Assembly: GCF_047606305.1 (NCBI RefSeq)
Contig: NZ_JASGER010000051.1
Coordinates: forward strand, 6,787-70,786
Origin: Gordonia sp. (in: high G+C Gram-positive bacteria)
Lineage (GTDB): Bacteria; Actinomycetota; Actinomycetes; Mycobacteriales; Mycobacteriaceae
Direction: 5' to 3'
Length of the DNA stretch: 64,000 nt
Positions 45,615 to 55,298 of the stretch are shown piece after piece (within the stretch, counting starts at the first letter, position 1; each line of letters opens with the position of its first letter). Below the pieces are notes generated by a model. That model saw only the letters and a program-made list of their open reading frames with translations. It ran no database searches and was not told the origin of the DNA. Made by a program: the position numbers and the translations under genes.

Positions 45615-45663
45615 CCCGCGATCGTATCCGGCGGTGCCCGCGGGTGGCAGACTCGACGGTGTC

Positions 45664-45942
45664 ATGGCGGCTTTCGACGACGACGAGCTGGAGCGGTACT
45701 ACCGGCGTATCGAGGCCCGGACCGAGGCGGGTCCCGGGCCGGCGAAACAGCGCCGCGACCCGGTGGCCGACGACGGTGACGTCCTCGATTGCCCGACCCC
45801 CGGCAAGACCGGGCACCCCGGCGAGGACGCCGCGTGGCTGGCCGTCGCGGTCATCCGCGCGGGGCGGCTGCACACTCCCGATCTCGACGTCTACCGGTGC
45901 CGCTGCGGGCTCTGGCATATCACCAGTGGCGACCGCGGCTGA
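45664..45942 (+). CDS. Small hypothetical protein with C...CxC..H zinc-binding motif
   Basis: CPTPGK...AAW...VYRCRCGLWHITS; fills the gap between CPBP and WS/DGAT. Confidence 0.62.
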   Translation: MAAFDDDELERYYRRIEARTEAGPGPAKQRRDPVADDGDVLDCPTPGKTGHPGEDAAWLAVAVIRAGRLHTPDLDVYRCRCGLWHITSGDRG

Positions 45943-45960
45943 GGATTAGGCTCTGGCGGC

Positions 45961-47427
45961 ATGGAACGTCTGAGCGGGTTGGACGCCAGCTTTCTGTACC
46001 TGGAGACCCCGGAACAGATGATGCACGTCTGTGCGATCTTCGTGCTCGATCCCACGACCATTCCCGGCGGGTACACGTTCCCCAAGTTCCGCGACGCGCT
46101 CGATCTGGCCATCGCCGACATCCCACAATTCACCCAGAAGGTCCGGAAGGTCCCGTTCGACCTGGCGCACCCGGTCTGGGTGCACGACACGCATTTCGAC
46201 ATCAACCGGCACGTGCACCGAGTGGCGCTGCCCGGCGACGGCGGCTACGACGAGATGGTCGAGTTGTGCAACCACCTGGCGGCACTGCCGGTGAACCGCC
46301 ATCACCCGCTGTGGGAGATGTGGGTGATCGAGGGCTACAAGGACGCCGGGCGCGGGCCCGAAGGCGGGAAGACCGCCACCGGAGACACCGCACAGGACAA
46401 GCTCGTCGTCTTCGTCAAGATGCACCACGCCACCGTCGACGGCGCGTCGGGGGCGAGCATCGTCTCGCATTTGTGTGCCCTTGAGCCCGACGCCCAGCCC
46501 GTCGCGGCGATGACCGGTGCCGTGGCCGGGCCGCGCGACGTGCGCGAGCCGGGCACCCTGGAAATCCTCGGTCGCGGAGTGGTGGCGGGAATCCTGCACC
46601 CGCTGACACTGCCGCGGATCGTCCAGCCGTCGGTGGACGTCGTCGTCAAGACGGTCGGGCGGATCCGCAGCGGTACCGCGATGGCACCGCCGTTCCGGGC
46701 GCCGCGCACCCCCTTCAACAACAACATCACCGGCGGGCGCGCCATCGGCTTGGCGGACATGCTGCTCGACGACTTCAAGGAGATCCGCCGGGTGAGCGGT
46801 GCGACGGTCAACGACGTCGTGCTCACCGTGGCCGGCGGTGCCCTGCGGTCCTATTTGAGTGATCGGGACGAGCTTCCGGACTCACCGCTGCTGGCGACGG
46901 TTCCGGTATCGGTGCGCGAGGAGACCCAGCGCATTGACGGCATGAACAAGGTGTCGGCTATGTTCGCCCGGCTGGGCACCGACATCGACGACCCCTGGGA
47001 GCGGTTGGGGGCGATGGAGGAGGCCAACCGCAACGCCAAGGAGCATCAGAAGGCCATACCGGCCGATGCCCTGCAGGACTGGGCGGAATTCGCCCCGCCG
47101 CGGACCTTCGGCCTGGCGATGCGGACCTACGCGGCGCTGCGCGTGTCCGAGCGCGGCCCGGTGGTCCACAACCTGGTGATCTCGAACGTGCCGGGACCGC
47201 CCATGCCGCTCTACTTCATGGGTGCGAAGATCGACGCGCTGTACCCGCTCGGCCCGATCTTCCACGGCGCCGGGCTCAACATCACCGTGCTGTCCAACAA
47301 CGGGGTGGTCCACGTCGGCGTCATCGCCTGCCCCGAGGCCGTCCCGGATCCCGAACGGCTCGTCGAGTACTTCCCGTTCGAACTCGCCCGGCTCAAGTCG
47401 GCCGCCGAGCGGGCCGGCTCTGCCTAG
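45961..47427 (+). CDS. Wax ester/triacylglycerol synthase (WS/DGAT)
   Basis: MERLSGLDASFLYLET, KMHHATVDG (HHxxxDG), TVNDV, ISNVPGP. Confidence 0.95.
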   Translation: MERLSGLDASFLYLETPEQMMHVCAIFVLDPTTIPGGYTFPKFRDALDLAIADIPQFTQKVRKVPFDLAHPVWVHDTHFDINRHVHRVALPGDGGYDEMVELCNHLAALPVNRHHPLWEMWVIEGYKDAGRGPEGGKTATGDTAQDKLVVFVKMHHATVDGASGASIVSHLCALEPDAQPVAAMTGAVAGPRDVREPGTLEILGRGVVAGILHPLTLPRIVQPSVDVVVKTVGRIRSGTAMAPPFRAPRTPFNNNITGGRAIGLADMLLDDFKEIRRVSGATVNDVVLTVAGGALRSYLSDRDELPDSPLLATVPVSVREETQRIDGMNKVSAMFARLGTDIDDPWERLGAMEEANRNAKEHQKAIPADALQDWAEFAPPRTFGLAMRTYAALRVSERGPVVHNLVISNVPGPPMPLYFMGAKIDALYPLGPIFHGAGLNITVLSNNGVVHVGVIACPEAVPDPERLVEYFPFELARLKSAAERAGSA

Positions 47428-48464
47428 GCGTTCAGCACGACGTCGGCGAGCTGGTCGATGTGCTCGACGGTCTTGGCTGTGACCAACATCGTCGTCACCC
47501 CGGCGGCCTCCCATTCGCGCACCTTGGCGCGGACGTAGTCGACGTCGCCGACGATCGCCGAGTCGTCGACCACGGCGTCGGGGATGATCGCGGCGGCCTC
47601 GTCCTTGCGGTCGCTGCGGAACAGCTTGGTGACCTCGTCGACGACGTCGGAGTACCCCATCCGGCGGTATACCTCGGCGTGGAAGTTGGTGTCCTCGCTG
47701 CCCATCCCGCCCATGTAGAGCGCGAGGAAGGGCTTGATGCCGGCCATCGCGGCGTCGCGGTCGTCGGTGATGACGATCTGGGCGGTGGCACAGATCTCGA
47801 AGTCCTCGCGGGTGCGCCGGGCGCCGGGGCGCGCGAAGCCCTCGTCGAGCCACTCGTTGTACATGTCGGCCAGGCGGGGCGTGTAGAAGATCGGCAACCA
47901 GCCGTCGGCGATCTCCGCGGTGAGTGCGATGTTCTTCGGTCCCTCGGCCCCGAGGAAGATCGGGATGTCCTCCCGGAGGGGGTGCACGATCGGCTTGAGC
48001 GGCTTGCCCAGCCCGGTGGTGCCCTCGCCGGTCAGCGGCAGCGGGTAGTGCGGACCGTCATTGGTGACCGGTGCCTCGCGGGCCCACACCTGGCGCATGA
48101 TGTCGACGTATTCGCGGGTCCGGGCGAGCGGCTTGGGGAAGCGCTGTCCATACCAGCCCTCCACGACCTGCGGTCCGGACACGCCGAGGCCGACGATGTG
48201 CCGTCCGCCGGACAGGTGGTCGAGGGTCAACGCCGCCATGGCGCAGGCGGTGGGGGTGCGTGCCGAGAGCTGCAGCACCGAGGTGCCCAGACGCACCCGT
48301 TCGGTCTCCTTGCCCCACCAGGCGAGCGGTGTGTAGGCGTCCGATCCCCAGGCCTCCGCGGTGAAGATCGCGTCGAAGCCGGCGGCCTCGGCCGCCCGCG
48401 CGAGTTCGCCGTGGTTGGTTTCGGGGCCCTTGCCCCAGTACCCGAGTTGCAGACCAAGTTTCAT
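47424..48464 (-). CDS. LLM-class F420-dependent oxidoreductase
   Basis: AEAWGSDA, LDHLSGGR, GLGVSGPQVVEGWYG, GAEGPKN, ADGW. Confidence 0.92.
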   Translation of the reverse strand: MKLGLQLGYWGKGPETNHGELARAAEAAGFDAIFTAEAWGSDAYTPLAWWGKETERVRLGTSVLQLSARTPTACAMAALTLDHLSGGRHIVGLGVSGPQVVEGWYGQRFPKPLARTREYVDIMRQVWAREAPVTNDGPHYPLPLTGEGTTGLGKPLKPIVHPLREDIPIFLGAEGPKNIALTAEIADGWLPIFYTPRLADMYNEWLDEGFARPGARRTREDFEICATAQIVITDDRDAAMAGIKPFLALYMGGMGSEDTNFHAEVYRRMGYSDVVDEVTKLFRSDRKDEAAAIIPDAVVDDSAIVGDVDYVRAKVREWEAAGVTTMLVTAKTVEHIDQLADVVLNA

Positions 48465-48473
48465 AAGGGCAAC

Positions 48474-49109
48474 CTACCGCGCCCGTGCCGGGTCGAGGCT
48501 CAGCAGGGCGACGATCGCGTCGATCAGCCCCTGTCGTGCGTCGTCCAGATTGCCGTAGGTGCCCAGCATCCGCTCGGAGGTGAGGCCGCGCATGGCCGCC
48601 GGGATCAGTGCCGCCATCTGACGGATACGGGCCGGGTCGACGCCGAGGTCGGCGAAGGCACGTTCGCACGCCGCATCCCACCCGGGCTTCCACGACGCGA
48701 ATTCGGCCGCGGTGAGCGGGTATTCGCGCTCCAACTCGTCGACATCGCGGGGGAGTGCGGCGCGCAGCGTCTCGATGGCCAGTGACTCCGGCGTCCGCAG
48801 ACCGATCAGCATGTTGTCGACAAGGCCGACCACACGATCACGGAGGGTCTCACCGGGGCGGGCGGCGGCGGGCAAATCGCCGCGCAGTTCGGCGGTGTGG
48901 CGCAGTACCGCCGCCCACAGGCCGTCGATATCGCCGAATTGGTACTTGATGGCGCCCCACGTGACACCGATGTCCCGTGCGATGCGGTTTCCGGAGACGG
49001 CCGTCGGGTCTCCCGTCGCGAGGGAGGTGATGGCGGCGGCGATCATGTTCTCGCGGGTGGCGATCCCACGCTTGTTGGCGCGCCGCCTCGGTGCCGTCGT
49101 CTCGGTCAT
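48474..49109 (-). CDS. TetR-family regulator
   Basis: IARDIGVTWGAIKYQFGD HTH; TACGAT-N6-ATG; divergent from Rieske gene. Confidence 0.9.
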   Translation of the reverse strand: MTETTAPRRRANKRGIATRENMIAAAITSLATGDPTAVSGNRIARDIGVTWGAIKYQFGDIDGLWAAVLRHTAELRGDLPAAARPGETLRDRVVGLVDNMLIGLRTPESLAIETLRAALPRDVDELEREYPLTAAEFASWKPGWDAACERAFADLGVDPARIRQMAALIPAAMRGLTSERMLGTYGNLDDARQGLIDAIVALLSLDPARAR

Positions 49110-49168
49110 GCAGACATCGTAAGGAGGAAACCACCCATTTTCATAGAGGGTTCTTGTATTCTTCGGGA

Positions 49169-50284
49169 ATGGCCCGCACTCCCTTGTCGATGGAACCGAC
49201 CGGTTGGTTCCAGGTGGCCTGGTCACCGGAGATCACGGTCGGTCAGGTGCACACGATGAAGTACTTCAACCGTGAGATGGTCGCCTGGCGTTCGGCATCG
49301 GGCAAGGTGTCCGTCTTCGACGCCTACTGCGAGCACCTCGGTGCGCACCTGGGACACGGCGGGCACGTCGAGGGGGAGAACCTGGTCTGCCCGTTCCACG
49401 GGTGGGAGTGGAACGCCCAGGGGCGCAACGTCTGCATCCCCTATGAGAAGCATCCGAACAAGGGGCGCCGCATCCGCAGCTATCCGACACTCGAGCGGAA
49501 CGAGGGGGTCTGGATCTGGTTCGACGCCGATGGCCGGGAACCGTATTTCGACGTGCCGGACGTGTTCGCCGACTTCGGCGACGACAAGACCGCCGCCGAC
49601 TACTACCCGCCCATCCCCGCTGCCACTCTCTTCCGGCCCGGGTTGGAGATCCACCCGCAGTACATCATGGAGAACGGCGTCGATTTCGCCCACTTCAAGT
49701 TCGTGCACGGCACGCCCTTCATGCCGGAGTTCACCCGCCACGACTTCGCTGGGCCGGTGTCCTACGTGGACTTCACGATCGCCTTCGAAGAGGGGGCGAC
49801 ACTCGACGCCGCGACCAGCGGCGTGGAGTCGATCAACGCCGGACTGGGCTGTTCGGTGACCAAGAGCTGGGGCATGCTCGACAACCGCACCATGCCCGCG
49901 GTGACGCCGGTCGACGACCACACCTCCGATGTGCGGTTCACGGTGTGGATCGGGCGCAAGGAGGGCGAGGACGGGCCGGAGTTCGACGGTGTGATGACCG
50001 ACTACGGCGAGACGATGGCCGGCTTCGTGATCGAACAGTTCGCCAACGACATCGAGATCTGGGCGCATCAGCGCTACTCCGACCCGCCTGCGCTGTCGAA
50101 GAAGGAGTTCAAGGGCTTCAAGGCGCTGCGCGAATGGGCCGTCCAGTTCTATCCCGACGGCGGTCCGACCGGCGTCGACCCCGACCACCCCGGCAGCGGC
50201 GCGATCCTGCCCGCCACCGAGGACGGCGAATACGTGCGCATCAAACGATCCGAGCTCGAGCGACTCCGCGCCGCGGCGCGCTGA
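49169..50284 (+). CDS. Rieske non-heme iron oxygenase alpha subunit (KshA-like fold)
   Basis: CEH...CPFH Rieske ligands; ENGVDFAHFKFVH and DIEIW mononuclear Fe ligands; TATTCT-N6-ATG. Confidence 0.9.
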   Translation: MARTPLSMEPTGWFQVAWSPEITVGQVHTMKYFNREMVAWRSASGKVSVFDAYCEHLGAHLGHGGHVEGENLVCPFHGWEWNAQGRNVCIPYEKHPNKGRRIRSYPTLERNEGVWIWFDADGREPYFDVPDVFADFGDDKTAADYYPPIPAATLFRPGLEIHPQYIMENGVDFAHFKFVHGTPFMPEFTRHDFAGPVSYVDFTIAFEEGATLDAATSGVESINAGLGCSVTKSWGMLDNRTMPAVTPVDDHTSDVRFTVWIGRKEGEDGPEFDGVMTDYGETMAGFVIEQFANDIEIWAHQRYSDPPALSKKEFKGFKALREWAVQFYPDGGPTGVDPDHPGSGAILPATEDGEYVRIKRSELERLRAAAR

Positions 50285-50293
50285 AAGGACACC

Positions 50294-51379
50294 ATGACCA
50301 CCACAGACAAGGTCCGCCTCTTCCAGGTGGCGACCGGCAACCTCGGCTCCGAGATGATCGGCCGCATCCAGGCGCATCCGGACGTCGAGCTCGTCGGGCT
50401 GCACTGCTACAGCCCCGACAAGGTCGGCCGCGACGCCGGCGAGATCGTCGGCCTGGATCCGATCGGGGTGACGGCGACCGGCACCGTCGAGGAGATCATC
50501 GCCGCCAAGCCCGACGTGCTCACCTTCCACGGCGTCTTCCCCGACGAGGACCTGTACGTGAAGGTGCTCGAGGCGGGGATCAACATCGTGACCACCGCGG
50601 ACTGGATCACCGGCTTCCACCGCGACGCCAACCACCCGCACCCGTCCGGGCGCAAGGTCAGCGAGGTCATTGCCGACGCGTGCAAGCGGGGCGGGGCGAC
50701 GTTCTACGGCACGGGCATGAACCCGGGCCTGAACCAGATCCTGGGTATCGCCAACTCGGCCGATGTCGCCGACATCGAGAACATCACCGTCACCGAGTCG
50801 GTCGACGTGTCCTGCCACCATTCCGTCGACACCTGGAAGGCGGTCGGCTACGGGCGGCCCGTCGACGACCCGACGATCCCCGAATCGCTGCACAAGTACA
50901 CGGCGGTCTTCGCCGACTCGGTGTACCTGATGGCCGACGCGTTTGACCTCGAGCTCGACGAGGTGACGTTCTCCTACGAACTCGGCGCCTGCACCAAGGA
51001 CGTCGACCTCGGCTGGTATTTCCTGCCCAAGGGCTCGCTCGGCGCCAACTACATCAAGTACCAGGGCATGGTCGACGGGGTGCCGCGCGTCGAGTCCCAC
51101 CTCGAGTGGCAGATGACTCCGCACACCGATCCCGCGTGGAACATCAGGGGCTGCTACATCACGCAGATCACCGCGGATCCGATGATCTACAACAAGCACA
51201 TGGTTTTCCCCGCCAAGGGCGTCGACCTGTCGAAGCCGGAGAACTTCGCCTCCATCGGCATGACCGTCACCGGGATGCCCGCGTTGAACGCGCTCAAGGC
51301 CGTCGTCGCGGCGCCGCCGGGAATCATCACCAGCAACGACCTGCCGCTGCGGGCCTTCGCGGGGCGGTTCAAGGTCTAG
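50294..51379 (+). CDS. DapB-N / 2,4-diaminopentanoate-dehydrogenase-like NAD(P)H oxidoreductase
   Basis: ATGNLG Rossmann, KVGRDAGE, GINIVTT, FYGTGMNPG. Confidence 0.78.
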   Translation: MTTTDKVRLFQVATGNLGSEMIGRIQAHPDVELVGLHCYSPDKVGRDAGEIVGLDPIGVTATGTVEEIIAAKPDVLTFHGVFPDEDLYVKVLEAGINIVTTADWITGFHRDANHPHPSGRKVSEVIADACKRGGATFYGTGMNPGLNQILGIANSADVADIENITVTESVDVSCHHSVDTWKAVGYGRPVDDPTIPESLHKYTAVFADSVYLMADAFDLELDEVTFSYELGACTKDVDLGWYFLPKGSLGANYIKYQGMVDGVPRVESHLEWQMTPHTDPAWNIRGCYITQITADPMIYNKHMVFPAKGVDLSKPENFASIGMTVTGMPALNALKAVVAAPPGIITSNDLPLRAFAGRFKV

Positions 51380-52383
51380 TGCGCGTCCACCTGCAACTCG
51401 ACGGATCGCCGCCCGCGGCCGGCCCCCACGCCCGCGAGTTGGCGGCACTGGGGGCGGATGGAACCTTCACCTTCGAGGGACCCCACGACGTCTTCCTGCC
51501 GTTGGTCGCGGCGGCGGAGACGTCCCTGGAACTGATGACGAACGTGGCCATCGCCGGCCCGCGCAGCCCGGTCCACCTGGCACACGCCGCCTACGACCTG
51601 CAGGCGTATTCGCAGGGCCGCTTCCGCCTGGGCCTCGGCTCGCAGATCCGACCGCACATTGAAAAGCGGTACGGGGCGACCTGGCACCCGCCGGCCCGGT
51701 TCGTCGGGGAGACCGTCCGCGCGGTCAAGGCCGTGCTGGCCGCGTGGCAGGGGACCGAGCGGCTGCGGTTCGAGGGGGAGTTCCACACCCACACGCTGAT
51801 GCCGCCCAACTTCAACCCGGGGCCCAACCCGTTCGGGCCACCGCCGGTGCTGATGGGGGCCCTCGGCCCGCTCATGACGCGAACGGCCGCCGAGGTCGCC
51901 GACGGACTGCTGGTGATGCCGTTCAACAGCGCGCGGCACTTCGCCGACCGGACCGTCCCGGCCATCGAGGAGGGGTTGCGCAGGTCCCATCGCTCCCGAG
52001 GCGACCTCACCGTGATCCCGCAGGCGATGGTCGCCGTCGGGCGCACCGACGCCGAGTTGCGCGCCGCCGTCGACGGCGTGGCGTTTCTGATCGCGTTCTA
52101 CGGCTCGACGCCGGCGTATCGTCCGGTGCTCGACGCCGAGGGCTGGGGGGATCTGCACCCGGAGCTGAACCGGATGTCGAAGGTGGGTGACTACCCGGGA
52201 ATGCGCGCGCTCATCACCGACGAGGTCGTCGAGCGGATCGGCGTGGTCGGCAACCCCGCCGAGTGCGCGGCGACGATCGCCGAGCGGTTCGGCGAGTTCG
52301 CCGATGAGGCGTGCTGCTACTTCCCCGCCTATGAGCCGGCACCGGAGGCCGTCGCGCAGCTCGTCACGGAGCTGCACCGATAG
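51379..52383 (+). CDS. LLM-class probable F420-dependent oxidoreductase (TIGR03617-like)
   Basis: EGPHDVF, AYDLQAYSQGRFRLGLGSQIRPHIEKRYG, HTLMPPNF, FYGSTPAY; GTG overlaps upstream stop. Confidence 0.88.
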   Translation: MRVHLQLDGSPPAAGPHARELAALGADGTFTFEGPHDVFLPLVAAAETSLELMTNVAIAGPRSPVHLAHAAYDLQAYSQGRFRLGLGSQIRPHIEKRYGATWHPPARFVGETVRAVKAVLAAWQGTERLRFEGEFHTHTLMPPNFNPGPNPFGPPPVLMGALGPLMTRTAAEVADGLLVMPFNSARHFADRTVPAIEEGLRRSHRSRGDLTVIPQAMVAVGRTDAELRAAVDGVAFLIAFYGSTPAYRPVLDAEGWGDLHPELNRMSKVGDYPGMRALITDEVVERIGVVGNPAECAATIAERFGEFADEACCYFPAYEPAPEAVAQLVTELHR

Positions 52384-52393
52384 GTCAGATAGG

Positions 52394-52882
52394 TCAGTGG
52401 CCGGTCGGTGCCCAGCGGTTGGCGATCAGTTGCATGCCGCTGCTGCCCATCGGGGCGACCGCCTCGTAGACCCGGTAATACTCGGTGTGGCTGATGTGCC
52501 ACCGACCGTCGAGCTTCGTGTACCGGTCCGAGTAGTACGAGGTGCCGGTGATCACCGTGTCGAAGTCGGGGGCGATCACGATGTCCGACATCGACCAGCT
52601 GCCCGTCGCGGCATCACCGTCGACGCTGATCTCCGGGTTGCCGAAGGTGTGGGTGGAGACGATGCTGCCGGTCAGCGAGTTCCGCATGTAGTCGACGATC
52701 GCGTCGCGCCCGTCGAAGTGCAGCGGCTCGCCCTGGCTGACCGTGCCGTAGCGCGCCGTGGCGTCGGGCGCCAACGTCGCGCCGAAATCGTCCCACAGCC
52801 GGTTGTCCAAGCATCGTCCGTAGCGGTACTTCAGCGTGGTGATCTCGTGGATGTCGGCCAGTGCGCCGGCGTCGAGCGTCAT
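52394..52882 (-). CDS. NTF2/SnoaL-like protein
   Basis: IHEITTLKYRYGRCLDNRLW, HTFGNPEI, YYSDRY. Confidence 0.88.
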   Translation of the reverse strand: MTLDAGALADIHEITTLKYRYGRCLDNRLWDDFGATLAPDATARYGTVSQGEPLHFDGRDAIVDYMRNSLTGSIVSTHTFGNPEISVDGDAATGSWSMSDIVIAPDFDTVITGTSYYSDRYTKLDGRWHISHTEYYRVYEAVAPMGSSGMQLIANRWAPTGH

Positions 52883-52889
52883 GTGTTCC

Positions 52890-53678
52890 TCACAGGTCGG
52901 GGAGGGGGAGTTCGAAGTTGGGCGCGAGGAGTCCGCCGTCGACCTCCAGCACCTTTCCGGTCAGGTAGGCGCCGGCATCGGAGGCCAGGAAGAGGGCGGC
53001 GGCCGCCACTTCCTCGGGCTTGCCGAGACGCTGCAACGGGGTTTGGTCCTCGATGGCGCCGCGCATCGTGTCGTCGGCCGCGACGACCTCCAGTGCCGAC
53101 GTGAGGATCGACCCGGGGGCGATCGCGTTGACGCGGATGCGCGGATTCAGATCGAGGGCCGCCAGGCGTGTGTAGTGGGCCAGCGCCGCCTTGGCGGTGC
53201 CGTACATGCCGAATCCTCGGCCGGGCAGACGTCCGACGGCGGAGGTGATGTTGATGATCGAGCCGCCGTCGTCGTTCTTGAGGATCTCCGGCACTGCGGC
53301 GACGAGGATCTCGTGCGCGACGGTCACGTTGAAGTTGAAGGCCCGGTCGAGGTCCTTGCCGCGCGTGTCCATGAGCGGTTTGGGGAAGGCGCCGCCCACA
53401 TTGTTGACGAGGATGTCCAGGCGACCCAGCTCGCCCATCGCGGCGTCGACGAGCAGATTGGGCTCGGCCTTGGACAGGTCGGCGGGCACGACCACGGCGC
53501 GCCGCCCGGCCTTGCGGATGGCGTCGGCGACCGACTCCAAGTCGTCGGCGGTCCGTGCGGAGATGACGACGTCGGCGCCGGCCTCGGCGAATCCGATTGC
53601 AGTGGCCGCGCCGAGGCCGCGCCCGGCTCCGGTCACGATGGCTGTCTTTCCGTCGAGGCGGAACAGATCGAGGATCAT
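52890..53678 (-). CDS. Short-chain dehydrogenase (hydroxysteroid-dehydrogenase-like)
   Basis: [26 protein letters not shown]. Confidence 0.92.
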   Translation of the reverse strand: MILDLFRLDGKTAIVTGAGRGLGAATAIGFAEAGADVVISARTADDLESVADAIRKAGRRAVVVPADLSKAEPNLLVDAAMGELGRLDILVNNVGGAFPKPLMDTRGKDLDRAFNFNVTVAHEILVAAVPEILKNDDGGSIINITSAVGRLPGRGFGMYGTAKAALAHYTRLAALDLNPRIRVNAIAPGSILTSALEVVAADDTMRGAIEDQTPLQRLGKPEEVAAAALFLASDAGAYLTGKVLEVDGGLLAPNFELPLPDL

Positions 53679-53763
53679 GGACTCCAGTAAACAAGACAGG
53701 TGTCCAGTGAGGGTGGGTTCGCAGAACCCGGTGCAGATCGGGCCGACATATTAGGCTCGACGC

Positions 53764-54303
53764 ATGGCTGTGAACCTCGACCCGCTGGCCGGCGACGAAT
53801 GCGTCTGCCCGTGCCATCGTGACCCGTCAATCCACCACGTGATGGCCTGCTGTGCCGATTGTGCCGACTGCGACACCCGCGTGAAGACCGCGTCTTTGGA
53901 CACCCACAAGCCGGCGCGGTGCGGAGGATTCCGGATCGGTCGGATCGCGCTGCGGGCCGACGCCGGAGTGTGCGTCCTGGCCGGCATAGCGCTCATCGTC
54001 ACCGGTTTCGTGCACGAGGTCATGCCCGTCGCCGCGCATCTGGTGATCGGCATCATCCTCGCCCTCTGGGGATTGGGTCTCTGGCTCGCACCGTCCCGGT
54101 GGCCGTTGCGGGCCGTGTTGGCAGTCGTCGTGCTCGTCAACCTCATCGCCACCATCGCACTGATCATCGTCGGTCTGATGGCGTCGGCCGACGGCACCGT
54201 GAAGCCGTTGGCGCTGATCGCCGCGGTGATCGTCATCGCCATCACCGCGTGGGAGTGGGTCGGCCTGCGCCGGACGCAGGGCGGCGTCGCTGCTGCTGTC
54301 TAG
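53764..54303 (+). CDS. Membrane protein with N-terminal Cys/His-rich domain
   Basis: CVCPCH...HH..CC..C..C followed by about 4 TM helices; TAGGCT-N6-ATG. Confidence 0.65.
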   Translation: MAVNLDPLAGDECVCPCHRDPSIHHVMACCADCADCDTRVKTASLDTHKPARCGGFRIGRIALRADAGVCVLAGIALIVTGFVHEVMPVAAHLVIGIILALWGLGLWLAPSRWPLRAVLAVVVLVNLIATIALIIVGLMASADGTVKPLALIAAVIVIAITAWEWVGLRRTQGGVAAAV

Positions 54304-55298
54304 CTCTTCGCCGGGCGCTTGGTCAGGTAGAACTTCGCCGCCTCGACGATCGACTCGGTGGTCGGCCGGGGCTGCCAGCCGAGTTCATCCACCGCCTTGG
54401 AGTGGTCCATCCGGGGCATCACGTACATCAGGCGCACCGAGGTGGGCGTCAGGTAGGGGTCCTCGCGTTTGAGCCGGGCGATCAGCGAGGCCATGACCGC
54501 CATCCGGGTGAGTTTGCCGCGCGATACCGCCTTGCGCGGCGGTTCGACGCCCACCGCTCCACAAGCGGTCGCGAAGATCTCTTTCGGCGACAGGAAGCGC
54601 TCGGCCACGATGTAGCGCTCGCCGACGCGGCCCTTCTCGCCGGCGAGGGTCATCGCCCGCGCGGCGTCGCCGATGCCGACCACCTCGGCGCCGACGCCGT
54701 CGAGGTAGAACGGCATCTTGCCGCGGACCGCCGCTTTGACCATGCCGCCGTGGGGCGTCGGCAGATAGTCGCCCTCCCCGTACGTGTTGGCCACGCACAT
54801 CGCCACGGCGGGCAGACCGCGAGTGTGGCAGTACTCCATCACCAGGTCCTCGGCCGCGACCCGCGTCCGTGCGTACTGCCCACCTTTGCGCAGCCAGTTG
54901 TTGCGCAGCTCCTCGGTGGCGAGCCCGGACTCGGGGATGCCGATGGTGACCACCGAACTGGTGAACACGAACCTATCCAGGCCGGCCTCGGCCGCGACGT
55001 CCAGCACACCGCGCAGGCCTTCGACATTGGTCCGCCACATGGGGGTGGGATCGCGCAGCCACGGCCGCGCATCCACGACGCAGTAGAAGACGACGTCGCA
55101 GCCGTCGATTGCGCGACGGATCGAGTCCACGTCGAAGATGTCGCCGTGCACCACCTCGACGTCGTCGAGTCCGTCGATGCCGCGAGTGTCGCTCGTCGCG
55201 CGGACGAGCGCGCGGACGGGTTTGCCCTGTTCGACCAGGTCGCGCACCACGTGGGCGCCGAGGAATCCACTCGCGCCGATCACCAGATTCTTGCTCAC
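54300..55298 (-). CDS. NAD-dependent epimerase/dehydratase (DFR-like extended SDR)
   Basis: GASGFLG, FTSS, YARTR, ANTYGEGD. Confidence 0.9.
   Translation of the reverse strand: MSKNLVIGASGFLGAHVVRDLVEQGKPVRALVRATSDTRGIDGLDDVEVVHGDIFDVDSIRRAIDGCDVVFYCVVDARPWLRDPTPMWRTNVEGLRGVLDVAAEAGLDRFVFTSSVVTIGIPESGLATEELRNNWLRKGGQYARTRVAAEDLVMEYCHTRGLPAVAMCVANTYGEGDYLPTPHGGMVKAAVRGKMPFYLDGVGAEVVGIGDAARAMTLAGEKGRVGERYIVAERFLSPKEIFATACGAVGVEPPRKAVSRGKLTRMAVMASLIARLKREDPYLTPTSVRLMYVMPRMDHSKAVDELGWQPRPTTESIVEAAKFYLTKRPAKS

Noticed and set aside
48455-48478. IdeR-like half site AAGGGCAACCTA
   Set aside because: About 13/19 match; better explained as the minus-strand -10 TAGGTT of a leaderless gene
53691-53708. 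KstR/KstR2-like operator ACAAGACAGGTGTCCAGT
   Set aside because: Matches only one half of the KstR2 motif; imperfect dyad, so steroid-regulon membership is unsupported
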